A stretch of DNA of 64,000 nt from Candidatus Gemmiger excrementavium. Lineage in GTDB: Bacteria > Bacillota > Clostridia > Oscillospirales > Ruminococcaceae. Below the pieces are notes generated by a model, which was given only the letters and a program-made list of their open reading frames with translations, made no database searches and was not told the origin of the DNA. The position numbers and the translations under genes are program-made. Where the stretch lies: assembly GCA_019116485.1 (NCBI GenBank), contig DXBO01000027.1, positions 17,373-81,372 of the forward strand. Direction: 5' to 3'. Shown here piece after piece: positions 42,006 to 51,078 of this stretch (positions within the stretch are counted from its first letter, which is position 1; every line of letters starts with the position of its first letter).

Positions 42006-42889
42006 TGCAGAAGACATCGAAACTTGCCCGCGACGGTGCGGTGTGGGGCCTCATCATGGTGGCGCCCACCATCATCGGCCTGCTGGTTTTGAACATCTAT
42101 CCCTTTATTGAAGCCATCTACATGAGCTTCTCCAAATCGCTGCCCTTCGGCATGTTCGAGTTTGAGGGCATCGATAACTACGTGGAAATGTTCCAGAACG
42201 TAGAGTTCTGGAAAGCCACCGGCAACACCATCCTGTTCTGTATCCTGACGGTGCCGGTGGGCATCTTCCTGGCTTTGCTGGTGGCGGTGCTGCTCAACAG
42301 CAAGATCCGTGGCCGCACCACCTTCCGCGCCATCTTCTTCCTGCCCATGGTGGTGGCCCCTGCCGCAGTTGCCATGGTGTGGAAGTGGATTTTCAACTCC
42401 CAGTATGGTATAATCAACATGGTGCTGGGTTCCAACGTGGGTTGGCTTACCAACCCCAGTGTGGTGCTGTTCTCCTGCGCGGCGGTCCAGATCTGGTCCA
42501 ACATCGGCTACGACGCCGTGCTGCTGCTGGCCGGGTTGCAGAACGTTTCCGCCACACTGTATGAAGCCGCCGACCTGGACGGTGCCGGCAAGGTACGTCA
42601 GTTCTTCAGCATCACGCTGCCTATGGTTTCGCCCACCCTGTTCGTGGTCATGATTATGCGTCTGATGTCCTCTTTGAAGGTGTTCGACCTGATCTACATG
42701 ATGGTGGACGATACCAGTCCCGCTTTCAATGACGCCCAGAGTCTGATGTCCCTGTTCTACCGCGAAAGCTTTATCGCCGGTGACAAGGGCTACGCATCCG
42801 CCATCGTCGTCTGGACCGTGCTGCTGATCGGCGTTGTCACGCTGCTGCAGTTCGTCGGCCAGAAAAAGTGGGTCAATTACGAGGTGTAA
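42005..42889 (+). CDS. Sugar ABC transporter permease (MsmF-like)
   Basis: 294 aa, 6 TM helices, EAA loop YEAADLDGAG. TAATG overlap with the SBP gene. Confidence 0.9.
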   Translation: MQKTSKLARDGAVWGLIMVAPTIIGLLVLNIYPFIEAIYMSFSKSLPFGMFEFEGIDNYVEMFQNVEFWKATGNTILFCILTVPVGIFLALLVAVLLNSKIRGRTTFRAIFFLPMVVAPAAVAMVWKWIFNSQYGIINMVLGSNVGWLTNPSVVLFSCAAVQIWSNIGYDAVLLLAGLQNVSATLYEAADLDGAGKVRQFFSITLPMVSPTLFVVMIMRLMSSLKVFDLIYMMVDDTSPAFNDAQSLMSLFYRESFIAGDKGYASAIVVWTVLLIGVVTLLQFVGQKKWVNYEV

Positions 42890-42892
42890 AGT

Positions 42893-43729
42893 ATGAATAC
42901 CAGTATGAAAAGCAGCAAGCAACTTTCCACCGCGGTGACATACATCGTGCTGATCCTGGGCAGCGTGGTCATGATCTTCCCCTTTGTGTGGATGCTTCTG
43001 ACCAGCTTCAAGACCCAGGCCGAATCGATGGCCATTCCGCCGCAGATTCTTCCCTCTCATTGGGACCTGGCCAACTTCACCACCGCGCTGGCCAGCCTGC
43101 CCTTTGTAAACCTGTATGTGAACACCGGCCTGCTGATCCTGTTCCGCGTGCTGTGCGCCGTAGTGTTCAGCTCCATGGCGGGGTACGCTTTCGCCAAGCT
43201 GGAGTTCCCCTGCAAGAACCTGCTGTTCGGCATCGTACTGGTGCAGATGATGCTGCCCAGCCAGATTTTCATCACCCCCCAGTACCTGATGCTGGCCCGC
43301 GTGGGTCTGACCAACTCCATCTTCGCCCTGGTGTTCCCGGGCCTGGTCAGTGCTTTCGGCACCTTCTTCCTGCGGCAGACCTATCTGGGTATCCCCAATG
43401 AGATCGCTGAAGCCGCCTACCTGGACGGCTGTACCAAATGGCAGAGTTTCTACAAGGTCATGTTCCCCCTGACCGGTTCCAGCTGCGCCGCGCTGGCCAT
43501 CTTCACCGCCGTGTTTGCTTACTCCGACCTGATGTGGCCGCTGATCTGCAACACCGACCTGAATATGATGACCCTTTCGGCCGGCCTTTCCACGCTGAAC
43601 GGCCAGTACACCACCAACTTCCCGGTGTTGATGGCCGGCAGCCTGCTGGCCATGATCCCCATGGTGGTGCTGTACCTGATCTTCCAGAAGCAGTTTATCC
43701 AGGGCATCGCGATGACCGGCGGAAAATAA
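42893..43729 (+). CDS. Sugar ABC transporter permease (MsmG-like)
   Basis: 278 aa. EAA loop EAAYLDGCT. Confidence 0.9.
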   Translation: MNTSMKSSKQLSTAVTYIVLILGSVVMIFPFVWMLLTSFKTQAESMAIPPQILPSHWDLANFTTALASLPFVNLYVNTGLLILFRVLCAVVFSSMAGYAFAKLEFPCKNLLFGIVLVQMMLPSQIFITPQYLMLARVGLTNSIFALVFPGLVSAFGTFFLRQTYLGIPNEIAEAAYLDGCTKWQSFYKVMFPLTGSSCAALAIFTAVFAYSDLMWPLICNTDLNMMTLSAGLSTLNGQYTTNFPVLMAGSLLAMIPMVVLYLIFQKQFIQGIAMTGGK

Positions 43730-43887
43730 TACGCTGCATCGCTTATACCGCCTGACAACAGGCATCCCCTCGCGGCAGGCGGACGGACGGCACAGCTGTC
43801 CGCCCGCCCGCTGCTGTTTGCGGGGCACCCGGCACGCAGGGCTTTTGGGCCCGCGGGCTGTACTCTATTTTTTCAGGAGGTCCTTTT

Positions 43888-46143
43888 ATGGGCATTCATT
43901 TCGACTCCGGGGCGGGCCTTTTCACGCTGGAGACCGCGCACACCAGCTACCACATGCAGGTGGATGAGCGCGGGCACCTGCTGCACCTGTACTACGGGCG
44001 CCGTATCGGCCAGGGCTGCCTGAGTACCCTGTACCCCCCCGCCGACCACGGTTTTTCCCCCGACTATTATCCCAACCGCCGGGACCGGGGCGTTTCGCCC
44101 GATGTGCTGCCCCAGGAATATACCGGCTGCAATGTGGGTGATTTCCGGCTTGGCTGCCTGGTGGCACGGGATGAGCACGGTGCCGCCGGCGCGGATTTCC
44201 TCTACGTTTCCCACACCATCCGGCCGGGCAAGTATGCCCTCAACGACCTGCCCGCCGCCCACGACGAGGAAGAGGAAGCCGAAACCCTGATCGTCTGCCT
44301 GAAGGACGCCGTCACCGGGTTGGAACTGGAACTTTTGTACGGCGTATTCGCCCGGCAGGATGTCATCACCCGGGCCGCCCGGCTGCGCAACGGCGGCTCC
44401 GCCCCCCTGCGCCTGGAAAAAGCCGCCAGCCTGTGCCTGGACCTGCCTTTCGGGCAGTGGGACCTGATCCACTTCCATGGCCGCCACGCCATGGAACGCC
44501 AGATGCAGCGCGCACCGCTGACCAACGCCATCCACACGGTGTCTTCCACCCGCGGGGCGTCCAGCCACCATCACAATCCTTTCGTGATCCTGTGTGACCG
44601 CAGCGCCACCGAGGACGCCGGCCTGTGCTACGGCGTCATGCTGGTCTATTCCGGCAGCCATCGCACCGACATTGAGGTGGATCAGAACGGTTCTACCCGG
44701 CTGGTTTCCGGCCTGCATGACCAGGGGTTCTGCTGGTATCTGCAGCCAGGCGAATCCTTTGAAACGCCGGAGGCGCTGCTGTGCTGTGCGCCTGACGGCC
44801 TGGGAGCGTTGTCCCGCCGGTATCACCGCTTTATCCGGCACAATATCTGCCGGGGCGTCTGGCGCTTTGCCCGCCGCCCGGTGCTGATCAACAACTGGGA
44901 AGCCACCTACTTCCATTTCGACACCGAGACCATCTGCCGCATCGCCGAAAAGGCCGCCAGCCTGGGCGTGGAGATGCTGGTGCTGGACGATGGCTGGTTC
45001 GGCAAGCGGGATGACGACAACAGCGGCCTGGGTGACTGGTATGTAAACGAAAACAAGCTGCCCGGCGGCCTGAACCCGCTGATCGAGCGCATCAACGCCC
45101 TGGGCATGAAGTTCGGCATCTGGATCGAGCCGGAAATGGTCAGCGAGGATTCCGACCTGTACCGTGCCCACCCCGACTGGGCTTTCACCCTGCCGGGTCG
45201 TGCCCCCGCCATGGGCCGCGATCAGCTGGTGCTGGACATGGGCCGCCCCGAGGTCGTGGACCACCTGACCGATGTACTCAGCGACCTGCTGCGCCGCCAC
45301 CACATCGAATACGTCAAATGGGATATGAACCGCAACATGTCTGACGTATACAGCCGCGCCCTGCCCCCCGAGCGCCAGGGCGAAGCAGCCCACCGCTATA
45401 TGCTGGGCGTCTACCGGCTGCTGAACCGGCTGACCATTGCGTTCCCCCATGTGCTGTTTGAGGGATGTGCCGGCGGCGGTGGCCGCTTTGACGCCGGTAT
45501 GCTGGCCTATTTCCCCCAAATTTGGTGCAGCGACAACACCGACGCCATTGAGCGGCTGACCATCCAGCACGGCACCTCTTTCGGATATCCCGTGTCGGCG
45601 GTAGGGGCCCATGTGTCGGCCTGCCCCAACCACCAGACCGGCCGCAACACCCCGCTGTGGACCCGGGCCGTGGTGGCCATGAGCGGCACCTTTGGCTATG
45701 AACTGGACCTGGGCCGCCTGACAGACGAGGAATGCCGGCAGGTGAAAGAGCAGATTGCCGCTTTCAAGCGGTACTATGACGTGATCCAGAACGGGCAGTA
45801 TTACCGCCTGAGCGACCCCTCCCGCGAGCCCCGCTATGTGGCCTGGCAGACCGTGACGGACAGCGAGGCATTGCTCAATCTGGTGCTGACCCGGCCCGAG
45901 GGCAACGCCCGCCCGCTGCATCTCTGCCTTCGTGGCCTGGAGGAGGACGCCCTCTACTGTGTGGATACCATGCGGCTGTACGGCACCACCGTGACCCCCG
46001 AGGTCCACAGCGTACAGGCCGGTATCTCGGAAGGGGCGGTATACAGTGGCAGCACCCTGATGTACGCGGGTTGTACCCTGCCCCAGCTCAGCGGTGACTA
46101 CCCCAGCGTGCAGCTGCACCTGACCCGTGTGACCAACCACTGA
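43888..46143 (+). CDS. Alpha-galactosidase, GH36
   Basis: 751 aa. FVLDDGWFGKRDDD, KWDMNR and CAGGGGRFD are the GH36 catalytic-region motifs. AGGAGG RBS. Confidence 0.9.
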   Translation: MGIHFDSGAGLFTLETAHTSYHMQVDERGHLLHLYYGRRIGQGCLSTLYPPADHGFSPDYYPNRRDRGVSPDVLPQEYTGCNVGDFRLGCLVARDEHGAAGADFLYVSHTIRPGKYALNDLPAAHDEEEEAETLIVCLKDAVTGLELELLYGVFARQDVITRAARLRNGGSAPLRLEKAASLCLDLPFGQWDLIHFHGRHAMERQMQRAPLTNAIHTVSSTRGASSHHHNPFVILCDRSATEDAGLCYGVMLVYSGSHRTDIEVDQNGSTRLVSGLHDQGFCWYLQPGESFETPEALLCCAPDGLGALSRRYHRFIRHNICRGVWRFARRPVLINNWEATYFHFDTETICRIAEKAASLGVEMLVLDDGWFGKRDDDNSGLGDWYVNENKLPGGLNPLIERINALGMKFGIWIEPEMVSEDSDLYRAHPDWAFTLPGRAPAMGRDQLVLDMGRPEVVDHLTDVLSDLLRRHHIEYVKWDMNRNMSDVYSRALPPERQGEAAHRYMLGVYRLLNRLTIAFPHVLFEGCAGGGGRFDAGMLAYFPQIWCSDNTDAIERLTIQHGTSFGYPVSAVGAHVSACPNHQTGRNTPLWTRAVVAMSGTFGYELDLGRLTDEECRQVKEQIAAFKRYYDVIQNGQYYRLSDPSREPRYVAWQTVTDSEALLNLVLTRPEGNARPLHLCLRGLEEDALYCVDTMRLYGTTVTPEVHSVQAGISEGAVYSGSTLMYAGCTLPQLSGDYPSVQLHLTRVTNH

Positions 46144-46164
46144 ATATAAGGAAGGATCGTTGCG

Positions 46165-48174
46165 ATGAAATCCGGCAAGACCCCCAAAGAGGCCGCCCCC
46201 AAGGCGCTGAAAGCCAAAAAGGAATCCCCCAAGCTGAAGGCGGCCCCCGCCAAACCCAAACTGAAACCGGCCCCGGCCAAGCCCAAGCTGGCCGCCGCCC
46301 CCGCCAAGCCGCAGCTGAACGCCGCTGCGGAGGACGCCGCCTTTGAGCGCCGCCTGGCCCGCCATTATGACGAACTGAAATGGCTGTACTGCGAGCTGTA
46401 CAACGGCGACCTGGAAGCTTTTGATTACTGCGTGATCATGCTGCGCCGCGCCTGGGCTGACCGCAAGGCCGAGCTGCGGGCCCAGGATGCCGCCCGGGAG
46501 GCCGACCCCAACTGGTATCGCCGCCGGGACCTGCTGGGCATGATGCTGTACACCAATGCTTTTGCAGGCGATCTGAACGGCGTACAGCAAAAGCTGCCCT
46601 ACTTGCAGGAATGCGGCGTCAACTATCTGCACCTGATGCCGCTGCTGCAAAGCCCCAAGGGCCGCAGCGACGGCGGTTACGCGGTGGCGGATTTCCGCAC
46701 CGTGCAGCCGGAACTGGGCACTATGGACGACCTGGAAGCCCTGGCCGATGCCTGCCGTGCCCAGGGCATGAGCCTGTGCCTGGACTTTGTGATGAACCAC
46801 ACCAGCGAAGACCACGAGTGGGCAAAAAAGGCCCGGGCCGGGGAGCCCGGCTACCGGGAGCGGTATTTCTTCTATGACAACTGGGATATCCCCAATGAGT
46901 TTGAAAAAACCGTACCCCAGGTGTTCCCCACCACGGCGCCGGGCAGTTTTACCTGGCTGGAGGATTGCCGGCAGGTGGTCATGACCAATTTCTACCCCTA
47001 TCAGTGGGACCTGAACTACGCCAACCCCGTGGTGTTCAACGACATGACGGAAAACCTGCTGTACCTGACCAACCGTGGCATTGATATCATCCGTCTGGAC
47101 GCGGTACCCTATATCTGGAAGGAACTGGGCACCAGCTGCCGCAACCTGCCCCAGGTGCACACCCTGGTGCGGATGATGCGGATGGTGTGCGAGATCGTCT
47201 GCCCCAGCGTGCTGCTGCTGGGCGAGGTGGTCATGGAACCCGCCAAGGTGGCGCCCTACTTCGGCACCACCGAAAAGCCGGAGTGCCACATGCTGTACAA
47301 CGTTACCACCATGGCCACCACCTGGCACACGCTGGCCACAGCGGATGTCTCGCTGCTGCGCCACCAGATGGACACCGTCTGCGCCCTGCCCCGGGATTTC
47401 CTGTTCCTGAATTATCTGCGCTGCCACGACGATATTGGCTGGGGGCTGGACTACCCCTGGCTGAACGCCCGGTTCGGCACCGACGAGGTGGCCCACAAGA
47501 AATATCTCAACGACTGGTTCACCGGCAAATGGCCGGGCAGCCCCAGCCGGGGTGAGCTGTACAATGATGACCCGCGCCTGGGCGATGCCCGCCTGTGCGG
47601 GACCACGGCCTCGCTGTGCGGGGTGGAGACAGCTGAGCAGCGGCAGGACCCCTTCCTGATGGAACGGGCCATCGCCTGTGACCTGATGCTGCACGCCTGG
47701 ATGCTGGTGCAAAGCGGTATTCCTGTGCTGTACAGCGGCGACGAGGTGGGCCAGCTGAACGACTACACCTACCACGACGACCCCGACAAGGCCGCTGACA
47801 GCCGCTACATCCACCGGGGCGACTTCCTGTGGGACCTGGCCGAACTGCGCAAGGACCCCGATACCCGCCAGGGCAAGCAATTTGCCGGGCTGCGCCGGCT
47901 GGAACAGCTGCGGGCCGCCGAACCTGCCTTTGACGCCCAGGCCACCGTCTGGACCTTTGACACCGGCAGCGACCATGTGCTGGGCATTGGCCGGTGGTAT
48001 AACGGGCACAAGCTGATCGCCTTCTTCAATTTCAGCGCCGAGTTTGTGCATGTTTCCTCCTGGGAGAAAGGCCCCTACGAGGAACTGATGTACGGCGGCC
48101 ACCGTGAGGACCTGAACGACGTGGAGTTGTACCCTTACGGCTTTGCCTGGTTCCTGCACACCGAAGAGATCTGA
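46165..48174 (+). CDS. Amylosucrase-type GH13 alpha-glucan/sucrose enzyme with a Lys/Ala/Pro-rich N-terminal extension
   Basis: The core aligns by eye to Neisseria amylosucrase: GVNYLHLMPL, DFVMNHTS, GIDIIRLDAVPYIWK, LLGEVV, LRCHDDIGW. The N-terminal 55 aa contain three 9-aa AKP repeats. Confidence 0.85.
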   Translation: MKSGKTPKEAAPKALKAKKESPKLKAAPAKPKLKPAPAKPKLAAAPAKPQLNAAAEDAAFERRLARHYDELKWLYCELYNGDLEAFDYCVIMLRRAWADRKAELRAQDAAREADPNWYRRRDLLGMMLYTNAFAGDLNGVQQKLPYLQECGVNYLHLMPLLQSPKGRSDGGYAVADFRTVQPELGTMDDLEALADACRAQGMSLCLDFVMNHTSEDHEWAKKARAGEPGYRERYFFYDNWDIPNEFEKTVPQVFPTTAPGSFTWLEDCRQVVMTNFYPYQWDLNYANPVVFNDMTENLLYLTNRGIDIIRLDAVPYIWKELGTSCRNLPQVHTLVRMMRMVCEIVCPSVLLLGEVVMEPAKVAPYFGTTEKPECHMLYNVTTMATTWHTLATADVSLLRHQMDTVCALPRDFLFLNYLRCHDDIGWGLDYPWLNARFGTDEVAHKKYLNDWFTGKWPGSPSRGELYNDDPRLGDARLCGTTASLCGVETAEQRQDPFLMERAIACDLMLHAWMLVQSGIPVLYSGDEVGQLNDYTYHDDPDKAADSRYIHRGDFLWDLAELRKDPDTRQGKQFAGLRRLEQLRAAEPAFDAQATVWTFDTGSDHVLGIGRWYNGHKLIAFFNFSAEFVHVSSWEKGPYEELMYGGHREDLNDVELYPYGFAWFLHTEEI

Positions 48175-48196
48175 CCATTCCCGTTTTTCTCCCTAT

Positions 48197-48238
48197 ACAG
48201 CAAAAGGAGCGCACCGGCCGGTGCGCTCCTTTTGCTGT
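48197..48238. terminator. Bidirectional terminator between convergent operons
   Basis: ACAGCAAAAGGAGCGCACC-GGCC-GGTGCGCTCCTTTTGCTGT. 19-bp perfect stem. Confidence 0.8.
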
Positions 48239-48250
48239 ATATTCGGTATT

Positions 48251-51040
48251 TTACCGCAGCAGAATGCGGAATTTTGCGGTGTAGTCGGCCTGACCGCTGA
48301 GACGGCAGGCTTCCTCCACATCTGTCCCCCAGCTGTCGATGCCGCCCACGCCCCGCACCGCACCCAGCACTGTAATGCTGGTACGGCCGGTATCGGGCAG
48401 CTCGCAGAGGTGCTGGGCAGCCTCCAGTTCCTGGGCCGTGTTGGGCAGGGCGCTGAAGGCAAAGGGCGTGCCGCAGCTCTGCAGTTCCAGGGCGGCGATG
48501 GTACGGCCCCGGGTGTCCCGCTGCTGCAGCACCGCCCGCCGCGTGGCCAGGTGCAGACCGCACTCCTGGGGGACCAGGTGGGGTTCGATGTGCGGCACTT
48601 CCTCAAAGCAGCCGAAGTCAGCCCCCTTGTACCGGTCAGGGTAGGTCTCGCCCGAAAGGCCGGTCCAGCGGGTGGCCGCCACCGGGGCGGCGGTCTGGAA
48701 TTTAAGGCCGAAGCAGGGCAGTTCCGGGGCGTTTTCGGCGCCATGGTAGACCGCTTCCACCTCCATGCTCCCCCGGTGGGTGACGGTGTAGGTCACTTCG
48801 GCCTCGGCTCCCGGCACGCCGGGCAGGGCAAAACGGTAGCGCAGGGCCACCGCCTCGGAGGTGGCGGTCAGGATTTCCGGCATCCCGGCCTTGGCCAGTG
48901 CATCGGCGGCCAGCCAGGCGGCACTCTTCTGAGCGAAGCCGCAGCCCCGGTCATTGTCGGTAGAAGCACGCCACACCGCCGGGCGGGGGGCCCGCCACAA
49001 CCATTCCGTGCCGTTTTTGCGCAGCGAGGAGGGACCGCCCTCACTGTAAGAGAAGAGGACTTCAAATCCATCGCTCCGGACACCCAGGTTGCCGTCGCCC
49101 TTGGTCACGGTCAGCGGGGCAGCGGGCCGGGCGGCCCATTCCGCCGCCAACGCCTCGTCGGCGGCTGCGGCAGCCGCCGCGTTGCGGGCGTCGTGGGCGG
49201 CCCGGGCGGCAGCATTCTTATGCCAGTAGCGGACCTCCTGCAATACGGGCTTTTCGGCACCATCGGCGTAAACGATACCGTTGCCGCTGAAATTGTAGTC
49301 GGTGGTACGCTCGCCGAAGTCGCCGCCATAGCCCAACACCCGGCGGCCCCGGGCATCGGTGTGCCAAAGGGCCTGGTCCATGTAGTCCCAGATGAAGCCG
49401 CCCTGGTATTGCGGATATTCTTCGGCCAGGCGGATGTAACTTTCCATGCCGCCCAGGCTGTTGCCCATGTCGTGCATATACTCGCACAGGATAAAAGGCT
49501 TGGCGGGTCTGGATTCCAGGTAGTCCCGGATCACCCAGGGTTTTTCATACATACGGCTTTCCATGTCGCTGATCTGGTCAAAGGCCCGGTTGTGGAACAC
49601 GCCCTCGTAATGGACCAGGCGGCTGGGGTCCTTTGCATGGAAGAATTCCGTCATGGCCAGGATATCCTCGCCGGCATAGCTCTCGTTGCCGCAGGACCAG
49701 ATCAGGATAGCGGTATGGTTTTTGTCCCGCTCAAACATACTGCGGGCCCGGTCCACCACACAGTCCCGCCATTCCGGCTTGCTGCCGGGCACGTTCCAGT
49801 CGGGGTCCACAGCTCCCAGTTTCTGCCAGCTGCCGTGGCTTTCCAGGTTGGCCTCGTCGATCATATAGATGCCGTTTCGGTCACACAGGTCGTACCACAG
49901 GCTCTGGTTGGGGTAGTGGCAGGTGCGCACAGCGTTGATATTGGCCTTGCGGAACATCTCCAGGGCCGCATACATATCCTCAGGGCCGATGGCGCGGCCT
50001 TTTTCGGCATTCCACTCGTGGCGGTTGACGCCGTTGAAGACGATGCGCTGGCCGTTGAGGCACATGACGCCGTCCACCATCTCAAACCGGCGGAAACCGA
50101 TGTCGTAGGGCACCACTTCCTGCACCGCGCCGTCGGCGTCGGTCAGGGTCAGTTCGGCGTGGTAGAGCACCGGCGTTTCGTGGCTCCAGGGCTGCACGCC
50201 GGGCAATTCCAGGGTATCCCCGGTGACGGGTCCATCATACAGGGCGCAGCCCTCGTCGTCGGTCAGGCGCAGGGTCACGCCGGCGCCCTCGGTCTCCCCT
50301 TCCAGTTTCAGGCGGGGGATCAGCGTGCCGGTGGTGTTGTCAGTCTCCAGGCCTGCGTCCAGCCACAGGTCGGTCAGGTGTACTTTGGGCTTGGCGTAGA
50401 GGAAAACGGAACGGAAGATGCCCGAGAACCGGAAGAAATCCTGGTCCTCAACCCAGGAGGCACTGCACCGCTTGTGCACTTCCACACACAGACGGTTGAC
50501 GCCTTCTTTCAGGCAGGGGGTCAGATCAAAATCCGACGGGGTGAAGGTATCCTCGGCATAACCCACAAACTGCCCGTTGCACCACAGGTACATGGCCTGC
50601 TCGACGCCCTGGAAACTGACGCAGACGGTCTGCCCGCGCAGCCCTTCGTCCAGGGTGAAATCGGTGACATAGCTGCCCACGGGGGCGTTGTCCCAGTCGA
50701 TCTGGGGCGGACAGAGGGCGGCCCGGCCATCCCAGGGGTAAAGGGTGTTGGTGTACTGCAGTTCGCCGTAGCCCTGCAGCTCGATATGCCCCGGCACCCG
50801 GATGGTACCGAAAGCAGACAAATCGGCATCGGTACGCCAGAAATCTGCCGGGCGGGCGGCAGGGTTGGGGCTGTAGGCAAAGCGCCATGTGCCGTCCAGG
50901 CTCTGGCGCAGGCTGGTGCGGCCGGCGGCGGCTTCCTCCCCATTGCGGTAACACACATGGTCGGAGTGGGCATCCAGCCGGTTGACCGCAAAAATACGGG
51001 GGTCGGTGAGCCAGGCGAGATCAGGGGTCACAGCTTTCAT
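48251..51040 (-). CDS. GH2 beta-galactosidase (LacZ-like)
   Basis: From MKAVTPDLAWLTDPRIFAVNRLDAHSDH (ATG 51040, GGAAAGGA RBS). GVNRHEW and WSCGNESY catalytic-region motifs. The 130-codon upstream extension was rejected. Confidence 0.85.
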   Translation of the reverse strand: MKAVTPDLAWLTDPRIFAVNRLDAHSDHVCYRNGEEAAAGRTSLRQSLDGTWRFAYSPNPAARPADFWRTDADLSAFGTIRVPGHIELQGYGELQYTNTLYPWDGRAALCPPQIDWDNAPVGSYVTDFTLDEGLRGQTVCVSFQGVEQAMYLWCNGQFVGYAEDTFTPSDFDLTPCLKEGVNRLCVEVHKRCSASWVEDQDFFRFSGIFRSVFLYAKPKVHLTDLWLDAGLETDNTTGTLIPRLKLEGETEGAGVTLRLTDDEGCALYDGPVTGDTLELPGVQPWSHETPVLYHAELTLTDADGAVQEVVPYDIGFRRFEMVDGVMCLNGQRIVFNGVNRHEWNAEKGRAIGPEDMYAALEMFRKANINAVRTCHYPNQSLWYDLCDRNGIYMIDEANLESHGSWQKLGAVDPDWNVPGSKPEWRDCVVDRARSMFERDKNHTAILIWSCGNESYAGEDILAMTEFFHAKDPSRLVHYEGVFHNRAFDQISDMESRMYEKPWVIRDYLESRPAKPFILCEYMHDMGNSLGGMESYIRLAEEYPQYQGGFIWDYMDQALWHTDARGRRVLGYGGDFGERTTDYNFSGNGIVYADGAEKPVLQEVRYWHKNAAARAAHDARNAAAAAAADEALAAEWAARPAAPLTVTKGDGNLGVRSDGFEVLFSYSEGGPSSLRKNGTEWLWRAPRPAVWRASTDNDRGCGFAQKSAAWLAADALAKAGMPEILTATSEAVALRYRFALPGVPGAEAEVTYTVTHRGSMEVEAVYHGAENAPELPCFGLKFQTAAPVAATRWTGLSGETYPDRYKGADFGCFEEVPHIEPHLVPQECGLHLATRRAVLQQRDTRGRTIAALELQSCGTPFAFSALPNTAQELEAAQHLCELPDTGRTSITVLGAVRGVGGIDSWGTDVEEACRLSGQADYTAKFRILLR

Positions 51041-51078
51041 AAGGTGTCCTTTCCGCCTCTGACCACACCGCGCGGCGG

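Noticed and set aside
43873-48159. Very long antisense ORFs. Examples: 1428 aa at 43873-48159(-), 1061 aa at 48143-51328(+), 853 aa at 19974-22535(+), 675 aa at 1420-3447(+), 591 aa at 12495-14270(-), 613 aa at 41987-43828(-), 726 aa at 34150-36330(+).
   Set aside because: Each lies opposite a gene with clear family motifs. Their translations are dominated by G/A/R/P/Q/H/V runs with no motifs, which is typical of stop-poor shadow frames in high-G+C DNA. No RBS at their starts.
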